Shown: positions 37,174-48,700 of the stretch, one piece after another
Position numbering within the stretch: position 1 is the stretch's first letter
Layout: each line of letters opens with the position of its first letter
Notes under the pieces: model-generated
The model's database searches: none
Told to the model about the DNA's origin: nothing
What the model saw: the letters and a program-made list of their open reading frames with translations, nothing else
Made by a program: the position numbers and the translations under genes
DNA from: Emiliania huxleyi CCMP1516
Taxonomy: Eukaryota
DNA length: 64,000 nucleotides
Assembly (NCBI RefSeq): GCF_000372725.1
Contig: NW_005201421.1
Span: forward strand, 62,001-126,000
Direction: 5' to 3'

Positions 37174-40100
37174 CTAGATACGGCTCTGAGGACACTCAAC
37201 AATTTGAACAAACACATCCGATCTAAACATCCGAACTGCTCCTCTTGGTCGGGAGGCAAAGCTGAGGGCACTACACCAATGGTAATGCACTTGCCCTCGG
37301 TGCCGAGCGGCGATCAAAATTAGCCCGGCAACGAGGCCCATCCCAAGAACGCTTGCTGCCACAGCTGCAGAGCCGAACGTGCGTGGTGGCGCTGCTAGCT
37401 GTTGGCGCAAGTATTGCTCTTTGGCATCATGCACATGCACGGCAAGCTCATCGCGGTTCTTGATGACCTTCATTGCTGCGGTCATTGACTCCTCGACCAC
37501 GCCACAGCAGTAGCTAAAGCACCAGGAGCCGTCGTCCCTCGCAATCTTATCCGGGGCCTCGCCGGGAGAGTAGTACCCAGGAAACCGAACGAGAACCGAA
37601 TTCGGGCAGACCCAGTCGGAAGTCCAGGCGCAGTCGCACTCAAACGCATCCTTTCGCAGGAGCTCCTCCTCCCTTTCAGCATCGGTGACCCAGAAGTGGT
37701 CAGCCACAGTGACGGCCGATGCTGCCACCACGCCGGCAATGATAATCGCTCCCGCCGCAGCAGCTCCAGCAGCTAGTTTAGGCGCGCTTGCGCACCTTCC
37801 TTCGCGCCCTTCTTCCCCACCGTCTCCATTGCTTCCCTTGCCACCTTGGCTGCTACTGCCGCGGACTTAGCCTTATTCGTATCGACATACTTGGCCAAGG
37901 AGGGCATGATGTTGTCACGGAATTTATCGCATACCGCCTTAGCTGATCTGAGGCCCATACAAACTGGACAACATATGTTATTGTCCATCTGCTTGCCCAG
38001 CACGCCTGCAGCCTCGCCGAAGGCTTTGCAAGTGAAGGGATTCTTGCAATTCGCCGTCATGTCCTTTGTTCCCTCTAGCGACTTGATGTAAAGAGACCTT
38101 TGATTCGCAGTTCTTTCAGCCACAGACATTGTCGGCGTCGGTTTCGGGTCCCAGGCTGTTTTGGGGAGCTCACCATACAGGCCTACCTTTCTCTGCTCCT
38201 TGAGAAGCTCCTTCTGTTCATAGCCCATCTTCTGGTTGAGTCCCCACTTTTTGTCGGACGTGAGTCCAGGCTCTGGCTTCAGGTTATGCTTCGAATTGAA
38301 TTCTTGATTAAATTGCTCAAAGTCAGCTTCTGTTGGGATTGGGATCTCACCACGCTCAATCATCTCGTCGACCACAAATTGCATGAACTGGCATTCAACT
38401 CGGTGGTCCGCGTCATGATTCGCGCTACATTTCGTCAAATCGGTGACGCCCAGGGGGCAACAATGCCCCTTGATTGCTTTGTTGCATATTGCTGCTCGAT
38501 AGTCATTCATCTTCATCACGATGCACCACGGGCACTTCGCCTTTGAACTCTCGGATCGCTCTGACACACATGCTTCGCCCTTGAAGGATTGGCTACGAGT
38601 GACGGCACGAAGGCGTCGTCCGTGATCCGTGCCGCTACCCTCCTCACTGGCCATAGCAGCATCAGCAATATGGTACGCCATTACTGCGCCGAGGCCGACG
38701 CCAGTACTTGAGACAACGTCTTCGGCCGCATCCTTACCAAAGTCACCTGCTTTGCGGCAGAGTTCAGGCACGGTGTACCCGAGAAAGACCCCGGGTGCAC
38801 TTTGCTGGAGGTCATCCAACCCATCCCAAAGCTCTGCCTTCCTCCGTTGAAATGAGCTGAGATAGTCCCCGGCCAAGGCGTCGCCAGCTCCGACGGTGAT
38901 GTACTCCTCAGCCTTCTCCAACAGCTCTTTGAGATAGGCGCCCTCGCTCCTGTGTTTCACCCTGCTGCCGAGAAGGAAGAGCCGGCCAAGCCACGCGCGT
39001 TGCATCTCCTCCGTCCATGAGCTGTTGAGCTGCGATGGGTCGATCTTGGAGAAGTACAGAACTAGCGCCGAGGTGAGGTTGACAAGCATGGGCGCCTGCG
39101 TGAAGTTGGAGAATAGCGCTTCGGCTGACTTCATCTGACCCTCGAGCAGTGTTGCGTCCTCGCCACCCCACGGTAGTAGAGCGCTCACCTCGGTGCTCAG
39201 AACCATATCGCTCAAAAGGCCCTTGACTTTCTCCTCGAGACTTGGCGGCATTGCTGGTGGCGGTTTGGGCGGCGAGGGTGGTTGTGGCGGCGGCATCGGC
39301 GGGGACGGCGGTGGCAATGGCGGAGACGGTGGGAGGCGATGGCGGCGGCGATGGCGGCGGCGACGGCGGAGGGTGGTGAGGCACCACAAAAGAGTGGGTG
39401 CCGTAGTGCCCCCACCCGAGCGTGATGTCTTCTTGTCCAAGGCCTGACCACGTGGCGTCGTCCCAGCCATTGCCCCACGTGTCGTACATGGAGAGGATAC
39501 ACCCCTCTTGAGAGCGGAGGGACGTCGACGCTGTATGCATGCGGGCTGTCCTGATGGCTGTACCACGTGCCGTAGGGTCCGTCCGAGATGAGGTGGCGAT
39601 CGTTGCACGCAAGACTCCAAGAGACCTCATTCGAGCGCCGCCCACCTTGCACCTCGATCCAGTACGCGGCAACGGGCGAGAATGGCGGGAGGGAGGGTGG
39701 CGATGCCGGTGGCAACGGAGGACTCGGCAACGGAATAGGACAGCAAGCAGCGAAGCCACTTGAGCCATCGTCGTGGGCGTACTGTTGCGCGGGCACATTG
39801 ACGATGAGGTACTTGGCGCCAGCACGCCAATCGAATCGCACAGTTCGACCCCCTTGTCCTGGCACGGTGACGCGCTCGAAATACCCCGATCCCCAAGAAT
39901 CCTGGAAAGTGACGCCCGGGACATATTTGACGGCGAAGCTGGTCGGCCCGGCAAGAGGCTTGCGGCCCCAAGGGCACGGCCAGGTCGCAATCCAGCTGCA
40001 GTCGTCGTGCACGGTGACACTTGGTACATCGTGCCCAGTAACAACTGAGGCTCGAGCTGGAATTGCTGTTTTGAAGCCGGTGGGGAGTTTGGCAGCAGTT

Positions 40101-40879
40101 GGTGGCGGCGCCGGGCAGCAGGCAGCAAAGCAACGGGAGCCATCGTCGTTGGCGTGTTGCTGCGCTGGAATCGTGACGTTTAGGAAGTCCGCGTCGCAAT
40201 ATGCACCTGCCTCGTACTTAACCGTGCGGCCCAACTGGCCGGGCACGATGAAGTTGTCAACGTTGCACGCGACCGCATAACCCCGTCGGTCAACGACAAC
40301 ACTCGCCACCCCGAACAGGGGCTTGCCGGGGCACGGCCAGGTCGCAGTCCAGCTGCAGTCGCATCCGTCGTTGGCGGTTGATGGTAGTACGGTAGCAGGA
40401 AGATCTCGTGCAGTGACACTGCCTGCGGCATGCTCGCCGGCGGGGAGTTCGGCAGATGGCGGCGGCGGGCAGCAGGCGGCAAAGCAATAAGAGCCGTCGT
40501 TGTTGGCATGTTGCTGCGCTGGAATCGTGACGTTTAGGAAGTCGGCGTGGCAGTACGCGCCCGACTGATACATGGCCGTGCGGCCCGCCTGGCCAGGAAC
40601 GACGAACATATCGTCACCCAAGCACGATGTTGATTTCTTCGGCCTGTGGTCGACGGTAACGCTCATTGGTCCAAAGAGCGGCTTGTCGGGGCAAGGCCAT
40701 GTCGCAGTGAAGCTGCAATCGCATCCGCCGCTCGCAGATGACGATGCAACGTAAGGAGGGACGCGGTCTCGTGCAGCAACAGTGCCGGTGACCGGCGGCC
40801 TCGCAGCAGACGCAACCATGGCAAACACCGCAAAATGCATCTGGGAGAGCACGGCACGACTCACGATGCTTGCACCCAT
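37174..40879 (-). pseudogene. Large secreted/membrane protein gene with Cys-rich repeats and HNH-like central region, broken by ~3 frameshifts
   Basis: Signal-like N-terminus; 3 repeats of (C)DCSWxATWPCP…NDDGSxCFAACC plus a fourth at ~37500-37640; Pro linkers. Coding sense continues across frame changes at ~39510, ~39340 and ~37790. Confidence 0.6.
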
Positions 40880-41226
40880 GCTACGAGCGTGCGTTTAGAC
40901 AGCGCCGAGGCCGCAGTGATGGTCACGGCACTTGGGCGCGCTCGGGGCGGCCGACGAGAGAGGCCGTCGAGCACAACCTTGCTTGCAGCGTGTCACCTTC
41001 TTTGCGTAACATTTCTTTTTCCGAATATGCGTTTTGCTCGAGCTGAAGCACATCCTGGAGTGTTCTTTACAAAAAACTTTGGCGACGCGGCGGAATTTTC
41101 TTTTTCTCGCCAGTGAGTTGCAACAAGTCCGACGCCTCATCAAGCACCCTGCTCCTCCCCTTCCCGCGCCTCGTTGCCCGCTCGGCGCCCTCACAAACGC
41201 CCCGTCCCTCCTCATAGGACACCAGT

Positions 41227-43217
41227 ATGCTGCGCGCCGCTTGTGCGCTCCGCGCTGCGCCGCGAGCCTGCGCAGGCAGCCTGCACCGAGCGCCGCTAGC
41301 TGTGGCGCGAGCCTCCTGCCCGGCCGGCTCGCGCGGCTCGCTGCTGCGGCCGGCCGCCCGCCAGCTGAGCACGGCGGCGGCCGAAGAGGCGGGCCTGCTT
41401 GCGCGCGGCCAGTTTGACGCCGGCTTCTTCCAGGGGACCGCACTCTTCGCGGGCGTCGTCCTCGGCGCCATGGCCGCGTCGGATGAGCAGCGCGCCTCCG
41501 CCATCAACGGGCTGCTGGCCGGCTTCCGCTCGCTCGGCGTGAGCGATCGGATCAGCGACCGGCAGCTGATCGAGGACTTCCTGCGCAAGAACGTGGCGGC
41601 GGCGGCGAACGTGGTGATGGCGTCGCCCGTCTTTTACTTTCTCTTTGCGGGCATCACGGGCGAGTCGGTCGTGGTCTCGTCGCTGCGCGCCATCACCGGC
41701 ACGATGCGGATCGTCCCGTTCATGGGCGCCTTCTACGGCCTGTTTGCGGTCTGCTCGCCCTTCCTCGTCGACTTCTTCATGGCGCGTGGGCCCGGAGGGG
41801 TTGTGAGGCACGCTGCTCGGAAGGGACTGAGCCGTGCGGGAGAAGCGGTGCTAGGCGCGCGGGCAAGGGTACGAAGAGGCGACCGGCACCGCAGGCCTCG
41901 CGATGATCCTCTCCGGCTTCGTCGCTATCGAGGCGGTCGTCGAGTTGCGCGGATGCGGCGTCCTCTTCTCGCAGATGACGGCCGCCTCGTTTGCAATTTT
42001 CATCCCCGCCCTGATCGGTCCGCCCGCGCGCGCGCCTGCTGCCTGCCGCCGCGAGTGGCCCGTGGATGAGAGGGGTGTGGGTGTGCCTCCGCAGGCCGGC
42101 TCGCGTGCGGCGTGCTGCTGCAGCAGCAGAAGACAGGCTGTGGCGAGGCGGGGCGTGCCTCGGCTCTCTCACCCGACTCGCTGACTCGCGCCAGGAGATG
42201 CGAGAGGTAGGCTCTAGCGAGGAGGCGTCGCTGCTCCCGGCGTCGTGGCAGGAAGGGCCGACCTGGCAGGCGAGATCGAGCCGAGATCGAGCCCGAGATC
42301 GAGCCCGATATGGATCCTGACACACGCACACACCCACGCCTCCTGTGCTCTTCGACGAAACCTTCGACGAAACCCTGACCGAAGCATGCCGTTCCGAATC
42401 CTTGCCTGGCCCGACACACACCACACATACTCACACCACCGACCACCTGCCTTCACCCAACCTCCACTGACCCAACCTCCAGGCGCATACGTACATGCTC
42501 TTTGACCAGCTCCACATCGGACAGGCCGAGATCTAGCCGAGATCTAGCCGAGATCTAGCCGAGGTCGAGACGAGATCTAGCTCACAGACGGCCCTCTCTT
42601 GGCACCTGGCCCTCCTCCTCCTCGCGCCCTCCCCACACCTTCCAAGGACGTCGCCATCGCCACGCCGCACGCACGCCACACGCCCGCCCCTGGTCCCATG
42701 CCGACAGGACTTTGCCGTCACCACGTGCGGTACGACTGTCTTCCAGTACATCCTCAACGCGGTGCCCCTTCGCGCTGCGGGCCGAGGGGCGAGTCCTCCC
42801 ACCGCAGGAGCACAGGGTAGCACGGTGTGGGCTGGTAGGTGACCTTCGTCCTCCTGACCAAGGGCCGCGCCTCCTCCCTCGGGGACATGGCGCGCTTCAT
42901 GGTCGGCGGCATGGGCGGCACGCTCGGCTCGGGGATGGCGACCCCCCCCCCCCCTTCTCAAGGCCCCTCCGTTCCCTGTCCGCGTCCACGACACGCGACA
43001 CGTCCCCCCCGTAGGCCCAGTTCGGCAAGACGCTCTTCATGAGAACCGGGTATAGACTAGTTCGGCCAAGGAGCCACCTCCCACCGAGGTCCGAGGCACG
43101 TCCCAGCGCACGCCCTGCACGTCCACCCGTAGGTTCGGGTTCGCGTGGAACCTCGCCTCCTCGCAGCCGGTCCAGATGCCCGCCTTCGACGCCGCCCTCG
43201 CGCGTTGCCCCGCCTGA
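41227..43217 (+). CDS. Hypothetical multi-pass membrane protein with transit-peptide-like N-terminus, multi-exon
   Basis: Arg/Ala-rich leader, several hydrophobic exons, repeat-filled introns, stop …LARCPA* at 43217. Confidence 0.6.
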
Positions 43218-44671
43218 GACCCGCCTGAGACCGCCCACCGCCTCAGCCACCACCCCTCTGCCGCTGAGCGCCCTCCCTCCCCGTCCGCCGGGAGCGTGTT
43301 CGAGGCCACAGCGGCATCTTTGGAGAGAGGGGGGGAGGGTGTCCCACAGCCCCGGACCATCGGAGAGCGTGCCGAGACCGCGTGCGTTGCGGAGCACTCT
43401 GCACGTGCTGGCGCCCCGCGGCCCGCGCCGCAGGCGCAGCGCCCGGCGCAAGCGCGTGTGAGTCTGTGTTTTGTTCGTGGCCTCCGCAGGCCAGGGATTC
43501 TACTGTATTTTATTACGAGTACACCAGGTAAAGTGGGCAGTCATCTCCACAACGACAGACACACAGGCACTCAGACAGGGCAGTGTGTGTGCGTACGGGG
43601 TGTGGAGGGTGAGTTGAACAGGGCAGTGTGTGTGCGTAGACACGAGAGACACAGGCAAACCGCGGGAGACGGCATTCAAAGAAAGGGGAAGGCCCGGGCT
43701 CCTCACTTTCCGGGATCCTGCGCCGCGGGGGTCGTGGGTGCGATGCAAAGTGGGTTCCCGTCACATTTCACACGATCAGCTTTCGGCGAGGCAAAGGCGG
43801 AGGGCGACGGCGAGGCAGCGGTGGTTGCCACGCTGCTGCCCCGGCTCAGTGCCCGGATGTGACCATGCTCCTCGGAACTGGGCGGCGGGAGGACACCTGT
43901 ACCTTGCTGCTTCTTAGCGAGGAGCAGCGCGTTGATCCTCTCCACCTCCTGCGCGGTGTACCAAATCATTCCATCAGCGTTCGGCCTGTGCGGGACGAGC
44001 AGCGGCGGTGTGTGAGTGCAGCCTGGGGATGTCACGCGCGGCTGCGGGCTGGGACCGGAGAGACGAGGTGGCAAAGCACGGCTAATAGGCCCGTATGGGG
44101 AGCACAACAAACCACGTGCCTGCCGTCGAAGGCTGTCGTCGCGGGCTTTGCCGAGGTGGCACCTCCGACGTGACTTTTCGGCGCAGGCAGCAACTTGCCT
44201 CATTTTCTTACAACCCCGGACCCAAGACGCACAAGCACAGACAGTCGAGCAGGGAGAGACAGCAACGACAGTCAGAAGCCAGCGCTGGGTACCAGGAGAG
44301 CGAATGCGATGACGGCCTCTAGTGTGAGCTCTATCTAGCTACTCGAGTAGTGAGCTCATACGCACGCCGGCAGATCGCGTATCGCGACTATATACAGCTA
44401 GCTAGTTAGTTAGGAGCCGACCGACCCTCGCGTCCAGTGCACTCCTCCCGTTCAACAACTTGGACAGTAGAGACGACATTCGGACGGCCCCAAGAGAGCT
44501 GATATCGGGTTTGAGCTCTTTATACTTTAATATTGGGAGCGATTTTTTTTGCGCTCTTCAACCTACATTCAGCTGGCTCGCAGCGAGGTCCCTTATGACT
44601 TTCGCCGCGCACTGCGACCCTGCGGCTGGCTTGGCTTTGGCGCTGGCCGGCCTGCTGCTGGGCAGTCGGCA

Positions 44672-45334
44672 TCAATCCCGGCCCTTCCGCTTCTTGGACG
44701 GCGCCGAGTCGTTGGCGCCGGAGCTGAGGAGCGCGGTGAGTTCGGTGAGGCGCGCCCGCTTATCATCCGCGCATTTGGCCAGCGTCGCGGCCAGCTCTCC
44801 CAACACTTCCTGCTCCTCCTCTCGCATCGACCTCAAAGGGCAGTCCGCGGGAGCGGCGCATGCCTCTGCGCTCACCCTTGATCGCCTGGCGCGGATCGTG
44901 CTCAGCAGCTCCTCCTTTTGTCGCACGCTCCTCTGCAGCTCCTTGATCTGAGCGCGCAGCGACAGCTTCCGCCGAGGTGGCGTCCTGACGAGGCGAGCTT
45001 CTCCGACGTTTGGCAAACTGTGTACGCATGCGCGGCAGGAGATGCAGCGATGCAGTCGCCGAATGCCCTCCATCGAGTCGAAACCATCTTGCCTCGCCGC
45101 GAGCATGGACGCGCCCAAGTTCGCGCTGACGTAGGCCGACCAGCAAGCCTCGTGCACGATGGCGTTGCAGCAGGAGCAGGTGAGGATGGGCTGCCTCTCG
45201 GACACCTCACAGGGGTCCAGGCAAAATGCACAGCTCACGGGCGGCTCGCTGCGCTGACGCGCGGTAAACATGAGCGGGCGCCGCGCGATTGCCATCGCCG
45301 CCGCGGGTTCTCGAGGGGAAGAAGGTTGATGCAT
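44672..45334 (-). CDS. Hypothetical PHD/RING-like zinc finger + coiled-coil protein
   Basis: CAFC…CSCC…HEAC…CISC spacing, followed by a coiled coil and KKRK (NLS-like). Confidence 0.45.
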   Translation of the reverse strand: MHQPSSPREPAAAMAIARRPLMFTARQRSEPPVSCAFCLDPCEVSERQPILTCSCCNAIVHEACWSAYVSANLGASMLAARQDGFDSMEGIRRLHRCISCRACVHSLPNVGEARLVRTPPRRKLSLRAQIKELQRSVRQKEELLSTIRARRSRVSAEACAAPADCPLRSMREEEQEVLGELAATLAKCADDKRARLTELTALLSSGANDSAPSKKRKGRD

Positions 45335-45765
45335 GTATCCTTTGGCCGCGTTGGGTGGCGAGGATTGGTGCAACGCGATCCACGCAGGCGTGTTTTCTGA
45401 CGCCGCCGGGAGAGTTGCGACCCGAGTTTCGCGCGGCGGGCGCCCAATGGCAAAAGGCGGCGGCAACAACTCAATAAAGGTTAGGTTAGGTAGGAAGGCG
45501 AAGAACAGCCTGGCTCGGACTGGACACCAGCGCGGTATGGGTGGACGCGAGACAGAAGAAACCCTTCGCGCCACTCCACATCGTCACGCCCATCGCAAAC
45601 CCTGTCAGCAGTCCTCCTCCGGGAATGTACGTAAGAGCCACGTAAACGGAAATAGAAAAGACTAGAAAAAAAACAAACAAACAAAAGAAGAATTCAAGGC
45701 TACTGGAGGCTCCGAGCACCTTCACCCCCAACATCGCGTGCTAGGATTTTCCTACTTCGCTGCTC

Positions 45766-48700
45766 ATGAGCGGCCACGCCAATGGCCACAACGGCGTGGG
45801 CCCGGGCAAGTTTGTCTACCCAGACTCGCCGCTGCACGAGCTCTTCCACCAGCAGGTGGCGCGGACTCCCGACCGGATCGCCGTCATCGACCAGGAGCGG
45901 GAGCTCACCTACACAGAGCTCAAGCGGCAGACACAGACCCTGGCCCTGTCGCTGCGGCACCGCGGCGTGAGCGAGGAGCAGCCGGTCGTGCCCATCTTCA
46001 TGCCGCGCTGCCTCGAGTTTGCCGTCGGCTACATCGCGGCGCTGTCAGCGGGCGGCGCCTACCTCCCTCTGGAGGTCGGCTACCCGGCGGAGATGCTGCG
46101 GCGTGTGCTCGCCGAGGCGAAGCCGGTGCTGACGCTGACGCTAGAGAGCCAGGCGGCAAAGCTGCCCGCCGACGCGCCGCGCCTCTGCCTCGATCCCGGC
46201 TGGGAGGAGGCTTGTGCGCTGCTGCCGGCCGAGCTGGCGGCTCTCCCGTCGCTGGCGACGAGCCTCGAGTCGCTCGCGTACTGCGTCTACTCTAGCGGGA
46301 CGACGGGCGAGCCGAAGGGCATCTCCTGCCCGCACCGCGGCTCCGTCCTCTCGTACTCCCACCGCGCGCACCACGCGCCGTACGCGGCGGACGGCTCCGA
46401 CCGCGAGGCATGCAACGTCTTCTTCGTCTGGGAGATGCTGCGGCCGCTGCTGCAGGGGGCGACGCTGGTCGTGGTGCCGGACTCGGTCATCTACGACCCT
46501 CCCGCCCTCTCCTCCTTCCTGGAGCGGCACGCCGTCACCCGCATGCTCTTCACGCCCTCCCTCCTCGAGGCTGTGCTCGACTCGCCCGCCCTCGCCTCTG
46601 GCGACGAGCTGCGGCGCGCCTTTGCCGCCTTCCGCGTGGTCGTGCTGTGCGGCGAGGTGGCGACGGCGGAGCTGCGCGCGCGGGTGCTCTCTCTCGCCCC
46701 CGCCGGCCTCAAGCTGCTCAACCTCTACTCCATCTCCGAGTGCCACGACGTGTCCATGGTCGACCTCGCCGCCACGCCGCCGCCCGAAGGAAAGTACTGC
46801 TCGACCGGCCCGCTGTTGGACGGGGTCGAGGTGCTCATCCTGGAGGACGCGAACCAGGCGGAGAAGTCGGGCGAGGCGCAGCGAGGGGCGGACGCCGCAA
46901 AGGCTCTCCGCCCCGTCCCGCTCGGCTTGCCGGGCGAGGTGTTCGTCTCCGGTCCCTGCCTCGCGCGCGGGTACTTGCAGCGGCCCGACCTCACCGCCAA
47001 GAAGTTCCTCCCGCGGCCTCCCTCCCTCTCGGCGACGCCCGCGCCGCAGACGCCCGGCCAGGACGCGGCCTCGCCCGCCCTCTACTCGCGGCTGTACGAC
47101 ACGGGCGACTGGGGCAGGCTGCGGCCGGACGGGACGCTTGAGATCTTCATTGATAGTTAATTAATCGTTCACCAGTTAATTAATCAGGCTGCGGCCGGAC
47201 GGGACGCTTGAGATCTTGGGGCGGCACGACTCGATGCAGAAGATACGCGGCTACTCGGTGGAGCTGCGCGCCGTCGAGGCGGCGCTGCTGCAGTGCCAGG
47301 GGGTCACCTCGTGCGTGGTTCGCGTGGTGGGCGAGGAGGGGACGGACAAGCATCTCGCCGCCTTCGTCGTCTTCGAGAGAGAGCGAGACGGGGGCAGCGC
47401 CGGCGAGGCGGCGCCGCGCCAGGCGCGCGCGGAGCTGCACGCGGCCGTGCCGCACTACATGGTCCCGTCCTTCATCGTCCCGATGGACGAGCTCCCGACC
47501 AACGAGGTCTATTAATTAATTATTAATTAATTAGGTCCCGTCCTTCATCGTCCCGATGGACGAGCTCCCAACCAACGAGTTCTCGGGCAAGCTCGACCAC
47601 AAGGCGCTGCCGAGGACGCTGCCGGAGCTCCTCCGCTTCGTCGAGAGCAGCGGCGGTGCGCGGGGGCCGCAGCTGCGCACGCCGACCGAGGCTGCGGTGG
47701 GCAAGGTGTGGGCAGAGGTCCTCGAGCTGCCCGCTGCGATGGTCGACCCCGAGGAGTCCTTCTTCGACCAGGGGGGGCACTCCCTCCTCCGCGCGACGAG
47801 GCTAATTAACAAGTAATGGTTAATTAACAGTTAATTACTTCATTAATTAGGCACTCCCTCCGCGCGACGAGGCTGATCGCCGCGCTCAACCAGGGAGGCT
47901 ACCCGGCGGTGCGCGTCGCCTCCCTCTTCGAGCACCCCACCATCCGAGAGCTGTCCGCGCACCTCGACGCTGACGGAGCCAGCCGCGCGGACAAGGCCCC
48001 GCACACGCCCCTCCCCCGCTCCGTCGTGGAGAAGGAGATTGCGGCCCTGGCGGGCGGCATGCCCGTCGGCTTCGACTCGGCTCTGCGCGCGTACTGGCAC
48101 GGCGTCTCTCTCGCGAGCAGGCGGGTCCTCTCGGCTCCTCTCGGCTCCTCTCGGCTCCTCTCGGCTCCTCTCGGCTCCTCTCGGCTCCTCTCGGCTCCTC
48201 TCCACTGACTGGCACGCAACTCTCTCTCTCTCGCGAGCAGGCGGGTCGACAGCTACTAATAATATATAATTAATAATATTATTAGGCGGGTCGACAGCTG
48301 CTCGTCGCAGTCGGCGAGCCGCGTGGGGAGCTACTCGTCGCTGCTGGCTCTCGGGGCGGAGGGGGGGCGGGAGGAGGGGTGCAAGGCGCGGGAGGAGCCG
48401 CTGCAGCTCGGCTGCGCGGGCGAGTGCGTCTTGCTCACCGGGGCGACCGGCTTCCTCGGCGCCTTCGTGCTGCGCGAGCTGCTCGCGGCTAATTAACTAT
48501 GAATGAGCTATTAATTATCAATTAGGCGCCTTCGTGCTGCGCGAGCTGCTCGCGGCGGGGGAGAGAGGGCCGAAGACCATCTTTTGCCTCGTGCGCGCGT
48601 CGGCGACGGAGACGGCGCTTCGACGCCGTGAGGGGCACGATGGCACCGTGAGAGCGTCTCCTTCACACCTGCAACTGTGAACAGGCGCTCGAGCGCGTGA

